This document shows, piece by piece, positions 1 to 9,005 of a stretch of DNA of 51,908 nt; position 1 is the first letter of the stretch; each line of letters starts with the position of its first letter. The notes beneath the pieces were generated by a model. The model had not been told where the DNA came from. It was given only the letters and a program-made list of their open reading frames with translations, and ran no database searches. The position numbers were made by a program, and so were the translations under genes. The stretch comes from a virus. Lineage: Duplodnaviria > Caudoviricetes. The stretch lies in IMG/VR virus record IMGVR_UViG_3300047288_000217, positions 1 to 51,908 of that record. The stretch is one strand, 5' to 3'.

Positions 1-1
1 G

Positions 2-211
2 GCCCTCTACCCCGAGGACCTGGTTGTCGCCCACGGCGAGGTCATGGCATCCTACGAGCGCGCCCGGATCCTGGCGCTCCTGGACGCCTTCGGCGATCAG
101 TGCCAGGCCCAGGGCATGGCCTTGTCCGAAACCGGCCACGCCAACTCGGTCGTGGTCAACGCGCAGCTCGACGCGGTGCGGCTGCTGCAGGAAGCGATCA
201 ACGCCGCATGA
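2..211 (+). CDS. Hypothetical protein, 5'-truncated by window edge
   Basis: Open frame ALYPEDLVVAHGEV...QEAINAA* ending in TGA 209-211, overlapping next ATG (ATGA). Confidence 0.55.
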   Translation, partial: ALYPEDLVVAHGEVMASYERARILALLDAFGDQCQAQGMALSETGHANSVVVNAQLDAVRLLQEAINAA

Positions 212-405
212 CTGCCTCAGCGGTTTACCCGGGCGATGAACAGGCGCTTTGCCACATCATCCCGCTCGGGGACTTCAAAGAGCACGAGGTCAGCCGTGCT
301 TGCTGGTGCCACCCAAGGGTGCACGAGGAATACCCGGACGTGATCCTGCACAACGCCATGGACCAGCGCGACAAGCTCGAGCGCGGGGAGATTCGGCTGC
401 AATGA
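208..405 (+). CDS. Small hypothetical protein (His/Cys motif H..CWCHP..H), 65 aa
   Basis: ATG 208 coupled to upstream stop; stop overlaps terminase ATG (ATGA). Confidence 0.65.
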   Translation: MTASAVYPGDEQALCHIIPLGDFKEHEVSRACWCHPRVHEEYPDVILHNAMDQRDKLERGEIRLQ

Positions 406-1982
406 ACGCACCCGTCTCCCCCGCCGTCATGCTGGACCTGATCGCCAAGGAGCAGGACCGCCGCCGCGCCAGCGCCAGCCTGTACGAGTTCGTCAAGCAG
501 GCCTGGCACGTCATGGAGCCCGGCGTCCCGTTCGTTCCCAGCTGGCACATCGAGCTGATCTGCGAGCACCTGGAGGCCGTCAGCTTCGGCGAGATTCAGC
601 GCCTGCTCATCAACATCCCGCCGCGCCACTCCAAGTCCACCATCGTCTCGGTGGCCTGGTGCTGCTGGGAGTGGCTGACCTCGCCCGAGCAGAAGTTCCT
701 CGCCGCGTCTTACTCCGGCACGCTTTCCATCCGCGACAACCTCAAGGCCCGGCGGCTGATCCAGTCGCCTTGGTACCAGGAGCGCTGGGGGCACATGTTC
801 CAGCTGGCCGGGGACCAAAACGCCAAACAGCGCTTTGAGAACAACAAGACCGGCTACCGGCTGGCCACCTCGGTGGGCGGTACCGCAACCGGTGAAGGCG
901 GCTCGCGCCTGATCCTGGACGACCCGCACGGCGCACAGGACGCGCAGTCCGAGACCATGCGCGAGAGCGCGCTCGAGTGGTTCGACATGGTCTGGTCCAC
1001 GCGTCTGAACAACCCCAAGACCGACGCCATGGTGACGGTCATGCAGCGCCTGCACGAGAAGGACATCAGCGGGCATATCCTGAACGACATCAAAGGCTGG
1101 GAGCACATCTGCATCCCGGCCGAGTGGGACGGCAAGCAGCGCAGGACGGTACTCGGACCCTACGACCCGCGCCGCACCAAGGGCGAGCTGATCTGCCCGG
1201 ACCGCTTCGGCGAGGCCGAGATCACCAAGCTCAAGCAGCTGCTGGGCACCTACGGCACCGCTGGCCAGCTGCAGCAAGAGCCGTCGCCCGCCGAGGGTGG
1301 CATCCTGAAGGCCGACTGCTTCAACCTCTGGCCGGTGGCCCAACGCCTGCCGCCCTTTGAGTACATCCTGCAAAGCTACGACTGCGCCTTCACCGAGCGG
1401 ACCACAGGCGACCCGACGGCCTGCACGGTCTGGGGCGTGTTCACGCACCGGGGCTTGCGCAACGCCATGCTGCTCGACGCTTGGGACGAGCACTTGGGCT
1501 ACCCCGACCTGCGCTCCAAGGTGATCCGCGACTGGACCAGCGAGTACGGGGCGGACAAGTCGGCCAAGGCTGGCATGCCCACCAAGGGACGACGGCCCGA
1601 CCGGCTGCTGGTCGAGGCCAAGGCCAGCGGCCAATCGCTGCTGCAGGACTTGCGGCTGGCCAAGGTCCCAGCCGTTGGCTACAATCCCGGTCAAGCGGAT
1701 AAGGTGTCGAGGGCGCACCAGACCGCGCCGACGTTGGAGCTTGGACTGCTGTGGATTCCGGAGTCTGCGAAGAACCCCGGCCAGCCTGTGAGCTGGGCCC
1801 AGCCGTTCCTGAACCAGGTGGCGAAGTTTCCCGTTGCGGAGCATGACGATTACGTGGACACATTCACGCAAGCGGTCATCTACCTGAAAAATGACGGGTG
1901 GTTTACTTTGCCAGAGGCACGCGACGTTGACGACAGGCCGCCTCGACAACGTGAAGGAAGGGTCAATCCGTATGCCGCTTAA
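402..1982 (+). CDS. terL: Terminase large subunit
   Basis: Walker A-like NIPPRHSKS, Walker B LILDDP, coupling motif VMQRLHEKD, RNase H-like nuclease SYDCAF..DPTAC..HDDYVD; ATG 402 overlaps upstream stop (ORF track start 249 is too long). Confidence 0.95.
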   Translation: MNAPVSPAVMLDLIAKEQDRRRASASLYEFVKQAWHVMEPGVPFVPSWHIELICEHLEAVSFGEIQRLLINIPPRHSKSTIVSVAWCCWEWLTSPEQKFLAASYSGTLSIRDNLKARRLIQSPWYQERWGHMFQLAGDQNAKQRFENNKTGYRLATSVGGTATGEGGSRLILDDPHGAQDAQSETMRESALEWFDMVWSTRLNNPKTDAMVTVMQRLHEKDISGHILNDIKGWEHICIPAEWDGKQRRTVLGPYDPRRTKGELICPDRFGEAEITKLKQLLGTYGTAGQLQQEPSPAEGGILKADCFNLWPVAQRLPPFEYILQSYDCAFTERTTGDPTACTVWGVFTHRGLRNAMLLDAWDEHLGYPDLRSKVIRDWTSEYGADKSAKAGMPTKGRRPDRLLVEAKASGQSLLQDLRLAKVPAVGYNPGQADKVSRAHQTAPTLELGLLWIPESAKNPGQPVSWAQPFLNQVAKFPVAEHDDYVDTFTQAVIYLKNDGWFTLPEARDVDDRPPRQREGRVNPYAA

Positions 1983-2250
1983 ACCGCTTAAAAAATCCGA
2001 CATGGCGTGCAACAAGCCCAAGCGCACGCCCGACCATCCCAAGAAATCTCACGTGGTCAAAGCCTGCTTCGATGGCACTGAGAAGGTGATCCGCTTCGGC
2101 GAGCAGGGCGCGAAGACGGCTGGCAAGCCCAAGACTGGCGAGTCGGCGGCTACGACAGCCAAGCGGGAGTCGTTCAAAGCGCGCCATGGTGCAAACATTG
2201 CCAAGGGGCCGTCAAGTGCGGCGTACTGGTCCAACAAAACGAAGTGGTAA
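1972..2250 (+). CDS. Small basic conserved phage protein (IRFG..G..RESFKARH..SAAYWS..KW)
   Basis: 92 aa Lys-rich; GAAGG upstream of ATG 1972; this motif type is common beside terminase/portal genes. Confidence 0.7.
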   Translation: MPLKPLKKSDMACNKPKRTPDHPKKSHVVKACFDGTEKVIRFGEQGAKTAGKPKTGESAATTAKRESFKARHGANIAKGPSSAAYWSNKTKW

Positions 2251-2253
2251 GCC

Positions 2254-4908
2254 ATGCCTAAAGACACCCCATCAATCTTTTCCGTCAGCCCCTACGCCAG
2301 CAGCGTTGCTCGCGAAATGTACCCAGGCCAGCTTGGCCAGGATGACCGGCAGGACGCGGCGCGCCACATGCTGGCCGCTGGCACTATGGCACGCAAGTAC
2401 GGCCCAAAGGTTGCTGACTTTGCCGGTAAGGCGCACGAGTATTCCACGTCCCCGATGCGTGCTTTGATGATGATGCTTGGCCGTGGCGAGATGCCACCGG
2501 ATTACCAGCAAGACATGCACAACAACACTCTTGGGATTGAAATGGCTGTGCGAGCAAAGTCTCAGCGCGAGTTTGAAGACCTTGTGCAGCAGGCGGCCGA
2601 GCGCGCCGCGATGAGTCGCACCGAGGGTCGTCCCTGGATTAGCAAGGCCAAGGGTGGCGAAGTCAGCGCGGATGAATTGAACCGCCCGTACATCGGCTAC
2701 CGCTCCGCTGGCCGCCGCCCCGAGTCCCAGCAAGACAGAGCGGCGTCCTCCGTGGCTCCACTGGCTGCGTTGCGCGGCGCGGTATCGGGTGTGCTCGGCG
2801 CTCCCGGCGACATCGAGTCGTTGATCCGTATGCTGCCCGGCCTGTCAGAGCAGACCTTCCTGCCGACCAGCCGCGACGTCGAAGCTCGCTTGCCGTTGCG
2901 CGGCGTGAGCCAGACGCCCGTTGGCCGCGCCGCGACCGAGCTGGGCACGCTGGGCGGCGGGTTCTACACCGGGCCCGGCTCCCCGCTGCGTGCGATCGCT
3001 TCGCTGCCTGCGGCTGTGTCCCATGGCGCTGGCGAGTTCGCCCGTGCTGCTGGTGGCGCTGGCGCGCACGTTGTGAAACCCAAGGGCGGCAACTGGCTGT
3101 CCGGGACGGTTGAGCGAGTTGTTGAGCCGATGCGAGGTCGCGTAATTGGATCAGATCCAGCTCAACGTTTGCGTGATCTTGATGCCGCCTATGCTCAGAA
3201 TGTCGAGGCTGGCGTTGCTGTTGATCCTGAAGTTTTTGCAAGAGAACGCGCTCGGCTGGAGCCCGAAGCTGCCATCAACCGCTGGCTTGATACGAAACTT
3301 GCAAAATATTTCCGCAACGAGATGGCCACACCAGAAGACCCGCTGCGCGCACTGGCCGAGCGCGGCGTTTTGCACTACGACCCAACGCCAACAGGCTACA
3401 GCGTTTCAAAACAACGCATCGCCGCTGGATTCCCCGAAGAAGGCATGGCGCAATCCGACCTTGCAAAGCGATGGGAAAAACGTGCCGACACTTTCTTCAA
3501 CGAACTTCAAGCCTCCGATTTGACGCGCGGATATCCCGAGCTTGTTGAAAAAGACCCATGGCTTGCAAAAGTCCCACCTGAAACTCGCGTGTACGAACTT
3601 CTTGGCGGCGCGAATGAAGAGCTCGGAATGCAGCACCTGGTCGACGAGCTGAAAAACGCCATCAACCCAACGTCCGGTCTGCCCGAGAACCTGCGCTGGA
3701 AGTACCAGGACCTGGACAAGGTCACGGTGCCCCAGGCCGTTCAGCGCGTGGCGGACATCAACGCCTGGCGCGCGGCGCAAAAGGCCGAGGCTGACATGGC
3801 ACGAGCCATGGGACCGGCCACGCAGATTGTGAAGGAGTACCCGGAGCAGGGGTTTAAGTGGGTGGAGTTGAAGTTGCCCGAAAAAACAGGGAAAAAGGAA
3901 GCTCGAAGAATAGGGTCGGATGAGGCAGAAAGAATTGATGAGGGCGTTGATCGTCTTAATGAAGATGATCTGCAAGACTTTATTCGAGAGCAAGCAAAAG
4001 AAATGGGAATCAGGCGCGGGACTCCTGAATATGAAGAGCTTGCTCAAGAGTTAAAGAGAGATTTTGGCCCGGTCGAGAGCGAAGTAGACTCTGCTTACAA
4101 CATTCTCGAAGACGCCCTCAAGTACGAGGGCGAGACCATGGGCCACTGCGTCGGCGGCTACTGCCCGGATGTGGTCGAGGGCCGCTCCAAGATTTTCAGC
4201 CTGCGCGACAAGAAGGGGCAGCCGCATGTGACGATTGAGGTCAAGCCTGGGGTGGAAAATCCGTCGATTACTGAAGGTGAGTGGAAAGGTCAACGTCGCT
4301 TTATCGTCAACAACAAAGGAACTGGCTTTCCAACGATTGAAGAGGCCCAGCAATACGCTCGTGAAATAAGCACACCTGAAATCGTCCAGATCAAGGGCAA
4401 GGCCAACCGTGCGCCCAACCCCGAGTACCTGCCCGCCGTGCAAGACTTTGTGCGCAGCCAGCAGTGGGGACGAATTGGCGATCTGCAAAACACAGGCCTT
4501 GTCCAACTGCCCGACAAACGCCTGATCACTAAGGAGCAGTTCGACGAAGGTATCCAGCGCCTGACAGGCGAAGGCGAGCCAAGCGTGAACACTGAGTGGT
4601 TCCAGCAACAGATTAAGCGCGATCCGTCTTGGTGGGAGGAATCGAAGGGCGCTTTTGAAGGCTACGCTTTGGGCGGCCTGGTCCAGAAGTATGCCGCCGG
4701 TGGTCTGGTCATGGACCAGTCCAACATCTACGGCAGCGACGCCAAGCAGGACCCGGCGTCGGCCTACAAGTTCGCCGACGGTGGCCAGGCCGGATCGCCG
4801 CCGGCTTATGCCGAGGGTGGCTTGGTTGCGAATTCCCCCACAGTTGACTTCGACCCGGCTAGAATCGACTCCATCGTGGGCGAGCTCCACGCAATGAACG
4901 CAGGCTGA
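2254..4908 (+). CDS. Large multidomain protein (884 aa): N-terminal DA.RH...AHE...D.HNN..G domain, PcfJ-like domain, YAxGGxV repeats; probable virion-packaged protein
   Basis: QDAARHMLAAG..AHE..QDMHNNTLG; LKYEGETMGHCVGGY..IFSLRD..PHVTIEV..QIKGKANRAP (PcfJ-like); lies between terL and portal. Confidence 0.75.
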   Translation: MPKDTPSIFSVSPYASSVAREMYPGQLGQDDRQDAARHMLAAGTMARKYGPKVADFAGKAHEYSTSPMRALMMMLGRGEMPPDYQQDMHNNTLGIEMAVRAKSQREFEDLVQQAAERAAMSRTEGRPWISKAKGGEVSADELNRPYIGYRSAGRRPESQQDRAASSVAPLAALRGAVSGVLGAPGDIESLIRMLPGLSEQTFLPTSRDVEARLPLRGVSQTPVGRAATELGTLGGGFYTGPGSPLRAIASLPAAVSHGAGEFARAAGGAGAHVVKPKGGNWLSGTVERVVEPMRGRVIGSDPAQRLRDLDAAYAQNVEAGVAVDPEVFARERARLEPEAAINRWLDTKLAKYFRNEMATPEDPLRALAERGVLHYDPTPTGYSVSKQRIAAGFPEEGMAQSDLAKRWEKRADTFFNELQASDLTRGYPELVEKDPWLAKVPPETRVYELLGGANEELGMQHLVDELKNAINPTSGLPENLRWKYQDLDKVTVPQAVQRVADINAWRAAQKAEADMARAMGPATQIVKEYPEQGFKWVELKLPEKTGKKEARRIGSDEAERIDEGVDRLNEDDLQDFIREQAKEMGIRRGTPEYEELAQELKRDFGPVESEVDSAYNILEDALKYEGETMGHCVGGYCPDVVEGRSKIFSLRDKKGQPHVTIEVKPGVENPSITEGEWKGQRRFIVNNKGTGFPTIEEAQQYAREISTPEIVQIKGKANRAPNPEYLPAVQDFVRSQQWGRIGDLQNTGLVQLPDKRLITKEQFDEGIQRLTGEGEPSVNTEWFQQQIKRDPSWWEESKGAFEGYALGGLVQKYAAGGLVMDQSNIYGSDAKQDPASAYKFADGGQAGSPPAYAEGGLVANSPTVDFDPARIDSIVGELHAMNAG

Positions 4909-4913
4909 ACACC

Positions 4914-7433
4914 ATGGCAGACGAACTCCTGAACGAAGGCGAAGACGAAAACCCCAGCGAGGATGCGCAGCGCGGCGAGTCTGTCTCCCTGCCCGACGAG
5001 GACCTGGAGGTCGAGGACACCGAGGACGGCGGCGCCGTCATTCGGATGACCAACGAGCGCGATGTGGCCGACAAGAAGGCCCACTTCGCCAACATCGTCG
5101 ACGAGGTCGATCGCAGCATGCTGTCCGACGCGGTCGTTGACCTGCTCGACAAGATCGAGCGCGACAAGGACGCCCGCTCCAAGCGCGACAAGCTCTACGA
5201 GGAAGGCCTGCGCCGCACCGGCCTGGGCGACGATGCACCCGGCGGTGCTCAGTTCTCGGGGGCCAACAAGGTGGTGCACCCGATGCTGGTCGAGGCCTGC
5301 GTAGATTTCAGTGCCCGATTCATGAAGGAGGTTTTTCCGCCTTCCGGCCCGGTCAAGTCCAAGATTCTGGGCGAGGCAGAGCCCGAGAAGCTGGAGAAGG
5401 CTCGCCGCAAGGCCGAGTTCATGAATTGGCAGACCACGCAGCAAATGCCCGAGCTGCGCGGCGAGCTGGAGCAGCTGTCCACCCAGCTTCCCCTGGGCGG
5501 CGGTCAGTACCTCAAGCTCATGTGGTCCCCGCAGTGGAAGCGCCCGACGGCCGAGTTCATCGCCATCGACGACATCTACCTGCCGTTTGCGGCCACCAAC
5601 TTCTACTCTGCCGAGCGCAAGACGCACGTCCAGTACGTGACCAAGGCCGAGTTCAACCGCCGGATGAAGGCGGGTATGTATGCCGAGGTGGACATTGGCT
5701 CGCCCGATCAAGTCGAGTTCAGCAAGGCCACGATCGCCAACGACAAGATCGAGGGCCGCGAGGACACCAGCTACAACGAGGACGGCCTGCGGACCATCTT
5801 CGAGATTTACACCCACCTGGACTTTGGTGACGGCATGGATCCGTACATCATCAGCATCGACAAGTCCACGCGCAAGGCGCTCTCGCTGTACCGCAACTGG
5901 GAGCCAGAGGACCAGCGCCGCAAGGAGCTGGACTGGATTGTCGAGTTCCCGTTCGTGCCTTGGCGCGGTGCGTACCCGATTGGCCTGACCCACATGATCG
6001 GCGGCTTGTCGGGCGCAGCCACTGGCGCGCTGCGTGCGTTGCTGGACTCGGCACACATCCAAAACATCCCGACGCTTTTGAAACTCAAGGGCGGCCCCGG
6101 CGGCCAGACGATCAACCTGCAGCCGACCGAGGTGGTCGAGATCGAGGGCGGCGCTCTGGTCGACGACATTCGCAAGCTGGCCATGGCCCTGCCGTTCAAC
6201 GGCCCAAGTCCCACGCTGTTTCAGCTGCTCGGCTTCCTGGTGGACGCGGGCAAGGGCGTGGTGCAGACCTCGTTTGAGAAGCTGTCCGACCAAAACCCCA
6301 ACGCCCCAGTGGGCACTACCCTGGCGCTCATCGAGCAGGGCATGGTGGTGTTCAGCTCCATCCACTCGCGCCTGCACAACAGCATGGCACGGGTGTTTGC
6401 TATCCTGCACCGCATCAACAGCGCGTACCTGACCGAAGAGGACATCGAGGCCATGGAAAACGGCCTGGATGTGAAGCCCGAGGACTTCGACGGCCCGATG
6501 GACGTTGTGCCTGTGTCCGACCCGGCCATCTTCAGCGAGGCTCAGCGCTTCGCCCAGGTCCAGGCCGTGCAGGCCCGTGCGTCTGCCATGCCGCAGATGT
6601 ACGACCTGCGCAAGGTCGAGGAAATGTTCCTGCGCAACCTCAAGCTCAGCCCAGACGACGTGCTGCAGCCGCAGCCTGGCCAGGACGACGTCGACCCGGT
6701 CAGCGAGAACGTGGCCGCCTCGATGGGCCGCCCGGTCTACGTGCTGCCCAAGCAGGACCACGTGGCCCACATCCAGACGCACCTGGCTTTCCTGAAGTCG
6801 CCCATGTTCGGCATGAACCCGGCGATCATCAAGACCTACATCTACCCGATGGCGCAGCACCTGCGTGACCACCTGCTGAACTTCTACCTGACGCAGGCCC
6901 ACCAGGCCGTGCAGCGCGCCGAGCGCGAGAACCTGATCAGCAACGAGGCCGAGCAGCAGGTGCGCGTGATCGTGAAGGTCCAGCAGATCATCGAGCAGCA
7001 GCTGGCCAACTTCGCCCAGGACCTGGCCAAGATCGACGAGATCGCGCAGCAGTTTGCACCGCAGCCGCCGCAGATGCCGCAGGACAACAGCATGCAGATC
7101 GCGCAGCTCAATGCGCAGGTGCAGCAGCTGGCCCTGCAACAGCGTGCCCAGACGGACGCCGCTCGCTTGCAACTGGAGCAGCAGAAGGCCGCGCAAAGCG
7201 CCCAGGCCGACGCCGCTGCCCTGGCCGACAAGCAACAGGCGCGCGCAGAGGACCTGCAGCGCGAGCAGCTGCGTCAGGTCGCCGAGTCTCAGCGCACAGC
7301 GGCTGAAATTGACGCCCGCTTGCAGATGAACGACTCGGACAACGCCACGGCCATGCGCTTGGCGGCAGCAGAGATTGCCTCCGGCGAGAAAATCGCCGTG
7401 TCCACCGGCACCGGCATCAACCCTAACCCTTAA
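4914..7433 (+). CDS. Portal protein
   Basis: 839 aa after terminase; HPMLVEACVDFSARFMKEVFPPSGPVK and PVGTTLALIEQG..SSIHSRLH motifs of podoviral portals; Q-rich coiled-coil C-terminus. Confidence 0.85.
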   Translation: MADELLNEGEDENPSEDAQRGESVSLPDEDLEVEDTEDGGAVIRMTNERDVADKKAHFANIVDEVDRSMLSDAVVDLLDKIERDKDARSKRDKLYEEGLRRTGLGDDAPGGAQFSGANKVVHPMLVEACVDFSARFMKEVFPPSGPVKSKILGEAEPEKLEKARRKAEFMNWQTTQQMPELRGELEQLSTQLPLGGGQYLKLMWSPQWKRPTAEFIAIDDIYLPFAATNFYSAERKTHVQYVTKAEFNRRMKAGMYAEVDIGSPDQVEFSKATIANDKIEGREDTSYNEDGLRTIFEIYTHLDFGDGMDPYIISIDKSTRKALSLYRNWEPEDQRRKELDWIVEFPFVPWRGAYPIGLTHMIGGLSGAATGALRALLDSAHIQNIPTLLKLKGGPGGQTINLQPTEVVEIEGGALVDDIRKLAMALPFNGPSPTLFQLLGFLVDAGKGVVQTSFEKLSDQNPNAPVGTTLALIEQGMVVFSSIHSRLHNSMARVFAILHRINSAYLTEEDIEAMENGLDVKPEDFDGPMDVVPVSDPAIFSEAQRFAQVQAVQARASAMPQMYDLRKVEEMFLRNLKLSPDDVLQPQPGQDDVDPVSENVAASMGRPVYVLPKQDHVAHIQTHLAFLKSPMFGMNPAIIKTYIYPMAQHLRDHLLNFYLTQAHQAVQRAERENLISNEAEQQVRVIVKVQQIIEQQLANFAQDLAKIDEIAQQFAPQPPQMPQDNSMQIAQLNAQVQQLALQQRAQTDAARLQLEQQKAAQSAQADAAALADKQQARAEDLQREQLRQVAESQRTAAEIDARLQMNDSDNATAMRLAAAEIASGEKIAVSTGTGINPNP

Positions 7434-7445
7434 AAGGAGCCCACC

Positions 7446-7583
7446 ATGAGCGACAAACCCACCACCGGCACCGTGCCCATGACCGGCGCACTGGTTAAGC
7501 AGCATCACCGCATGGCCGCTGGCCAGCCCGTGAGCGGCCAGACCACGCCGGCCGCCCCATCGATGCCCAAAACGCCCGCCTGA
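7446..7583 (+). CDS. Small hypothetical protein (45 aa; not in ORF track)
   Basis: AAGGAG RBS, MSDKPTTGTVPMTGALVKQHHRMAAG..; stop overlaps next ATG (TGATG). Confidence 0.55.
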   Translation: MSDKPTTGTVPMTGALVKQHHRMAAGQPVSGQTTPAAPSMPKTPA

Positions 7584-7780
7584 TGGCCATCGAGGACCGC
7601 CTGCTCGGCAAGCTCAAGGCTGACCAGCAGGTTTTCGCGCTTGAAGCCCTCAAGCGCCCGGTCGATCGGGACGCTTTCGAGTACGGATACCGAGTGGGCA
7701 TGGTTGCTGGTTACGAAGCTGCCATCAAAGCCCTGCTTGACCTTCTGAACGACGAGCGAAACGGCGACCGAGACCTGTGA
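7583..7780 (+). CDS. Hypothetical protein (65 aa) of the type found between portal and GroES
   Basis: DAFEYGYRVGMVAGYEAA helix; translational coupling. Confidence 0.7.
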   Translation: MAIEDRLLGKLKADQQVFALEALKRPVDRDAFEYGYRVGMVAGYEAAIKALLDLLNDERNGDRDL

Positions 7781-7834
7781 TTTGCACCGGTCTGTGAAGA
7801 TTTTTTGATGGTGGCCGCTGTGGCCGCCGTACAC

Positions 7835-7850
7835 CTGCTGAAAGGAGCAG
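7835..7850 (+). promoter_or_regulatory. RBS hairpin CTGCT-GAAAGG-AGCAG
   Basis: 5-bp stem/6-nt loop 3 nt before ATG 7854; covarying copy at 10549-10564. Confidence 0.45.
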
Positions 7851-7853
7851 AAG

Positions 7854-8264
7854 ATGACAGCTGACGCGCTGATTGACGCGATGAGAGAAGCCTTCCCCGA
7901 GGCAAGCCCTGGGATCGTCCCATTCGGGAGCCGAGTCTTGGTGCAGATCCGCACCCCCAAGACGAAAACGGCCTCCGGCATCATCATTGACAACGGCTCT
8001 CGGGACACCGAGAAGTGGAACACCCAGGTGGCGCGCGTCGTCTCCGTCGGTGCTCTGGCCTTCAAGAACCGAAACACCATGGACCCCTGGCCCGAAGGCA
8101 GCTGGTGCAGCCCGGGCGACTACGTTCGCGTGCCGAAATACGGCGGCGACCGCTGGGAAGTGCCGCTGTCCAACGGCGAGTCCGCTTTGTTCGTGATCTT
8201 CAACGATCTGGACATCATCGGCCAGGTGACCGGCGACCCGCTGGCCATCCGTGCATTCATCTGA
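7854..8264 (+). CDS. groES: GroES/Cpn10-like co-chaperonin
   Basis: PFGSRVLVQ..KTASGIII..ARVVSVG..PGDYVRVPKYGG..IFNDLDIIG follows the Cpn10 pattern. Confidence 0.85.
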   Translation: MTADALIDAMREAFPEASPGIVPFGSRVLVQIRTPKTKTASGIIIDNGSRDTEKWNTQVARVVSVGALAFKNRNTMDPWPEGSWCSPGDYVRVPKYGGDRWEVPLSNGESALFVIFNDLDIIGQVTGDPLAIRAFI

Positions 8265-8275
8265 CGGGGGGTGTT

Positions 8276-8515
8276 ATGAGCGAAGAAACACGCGATCTGT
8301 CGTTCGGCGAGAGGGCCGTCGGCCTGACGTTCAACCCAGGCAACAACCCGGATGTGGACGCCTGCAAACGCGAGTTTGCCGCCGTCATCGACCGCATGGA
8401 TCTGTTGCGCGCAAAGGCGGAAAACGCCGAAATCAAGCGCATGGCCAGCGTCGCCATCACCGAAGCTCAGACTGCCCAGATGTGGGCTGTCAAAGCAATC
8501 ACCTGGAGGAGCTGA
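8276..8515 (+). CDS. Acb2/Tad1-hairpin-like protein (putative nucleotide-signal sponge), 79 aa
   Basis: Helical hairpin ending RMASVAITEAQTAQMWAVKAITW, like the R..A.A.T..E.A.MW helix of Tad1/Acb2-type proteins; ATG 8276. Confidence 0.55.
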   Translation: MSEETRDLSFGERAVGLTFNPGNNPDVDACKREFAAVIDRMDLLRAKAENAEIKRMASVAITEAQTAQMWAVKAITWRS

Positions 8516-8516
8516 C

Positions 8517-9005
8517 ATGGAACGTTACATCGGAACCAAACTGATCAACGCCAAGCCCATGACCCGGGCTGAGTACAACGCCTTCCGTGGCTGGACTGTC
8601 CCTGCCGACGAGAACCCCGAGGACGCAGGCTACCTGGTCGAGTACTTGGACGGCGGAAAAGGCAACACAGACCACTACGCCGGTTACGTGAGCTGGTCGC
8701 CAGCCGAAGTGTTCGACCGAGCCTACCGCAAGTGCAGCGGCATGACCTTTGGCCAAGCCATTGAGGCGCTGAAGGCAGGCCAAAAGGTCGCCCGCGCTGG
8801 CTGGAATGGCAAGGGCATGTTTGTCTACTACGTCCCCGCCAACAGCTACCCTGTGCAAACCGGCGCGGCCAAGAGCCACTTCGGCGAAGGCGCAATGGTC
8901 CCATACAACGCCTACATGGCGATCAAAAACGTGGACAACACCGTGAGCACTTGGGTACCCAGTGTCAACGACGTGCTGGCCGAAGACTGGAGCATTCAAT
9001 CATGA
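8517..9005 (+). CDS. Two-domain protein: N-terminal YIGTK..GYLVEY..SWSP domain plus DUF2829/Tad2-like sponge domain
   Basis: C-terminal half MTFGQAIEALKAGQKVARAGWNGKGMF...WVPSVNDVLAEDW is the DUF2829 signature; GGAGG RBS, ATG 8517. Confidence 0.8.
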   Translation: MERYIGTKLINAKPMTRAEYNAFRGWTVPADENPEDAGYLVEYLDGGKGNTDHYAGYVSWSPAEVFDRAYRKCSGMTFGQAIEALKAGQKVARAGWNGKGMFVYYVPANSYPVQTGAAKSHFGEGAMVPYNAYMAIKNVDNTVSTWVPSVNDVLAEDWSIQS

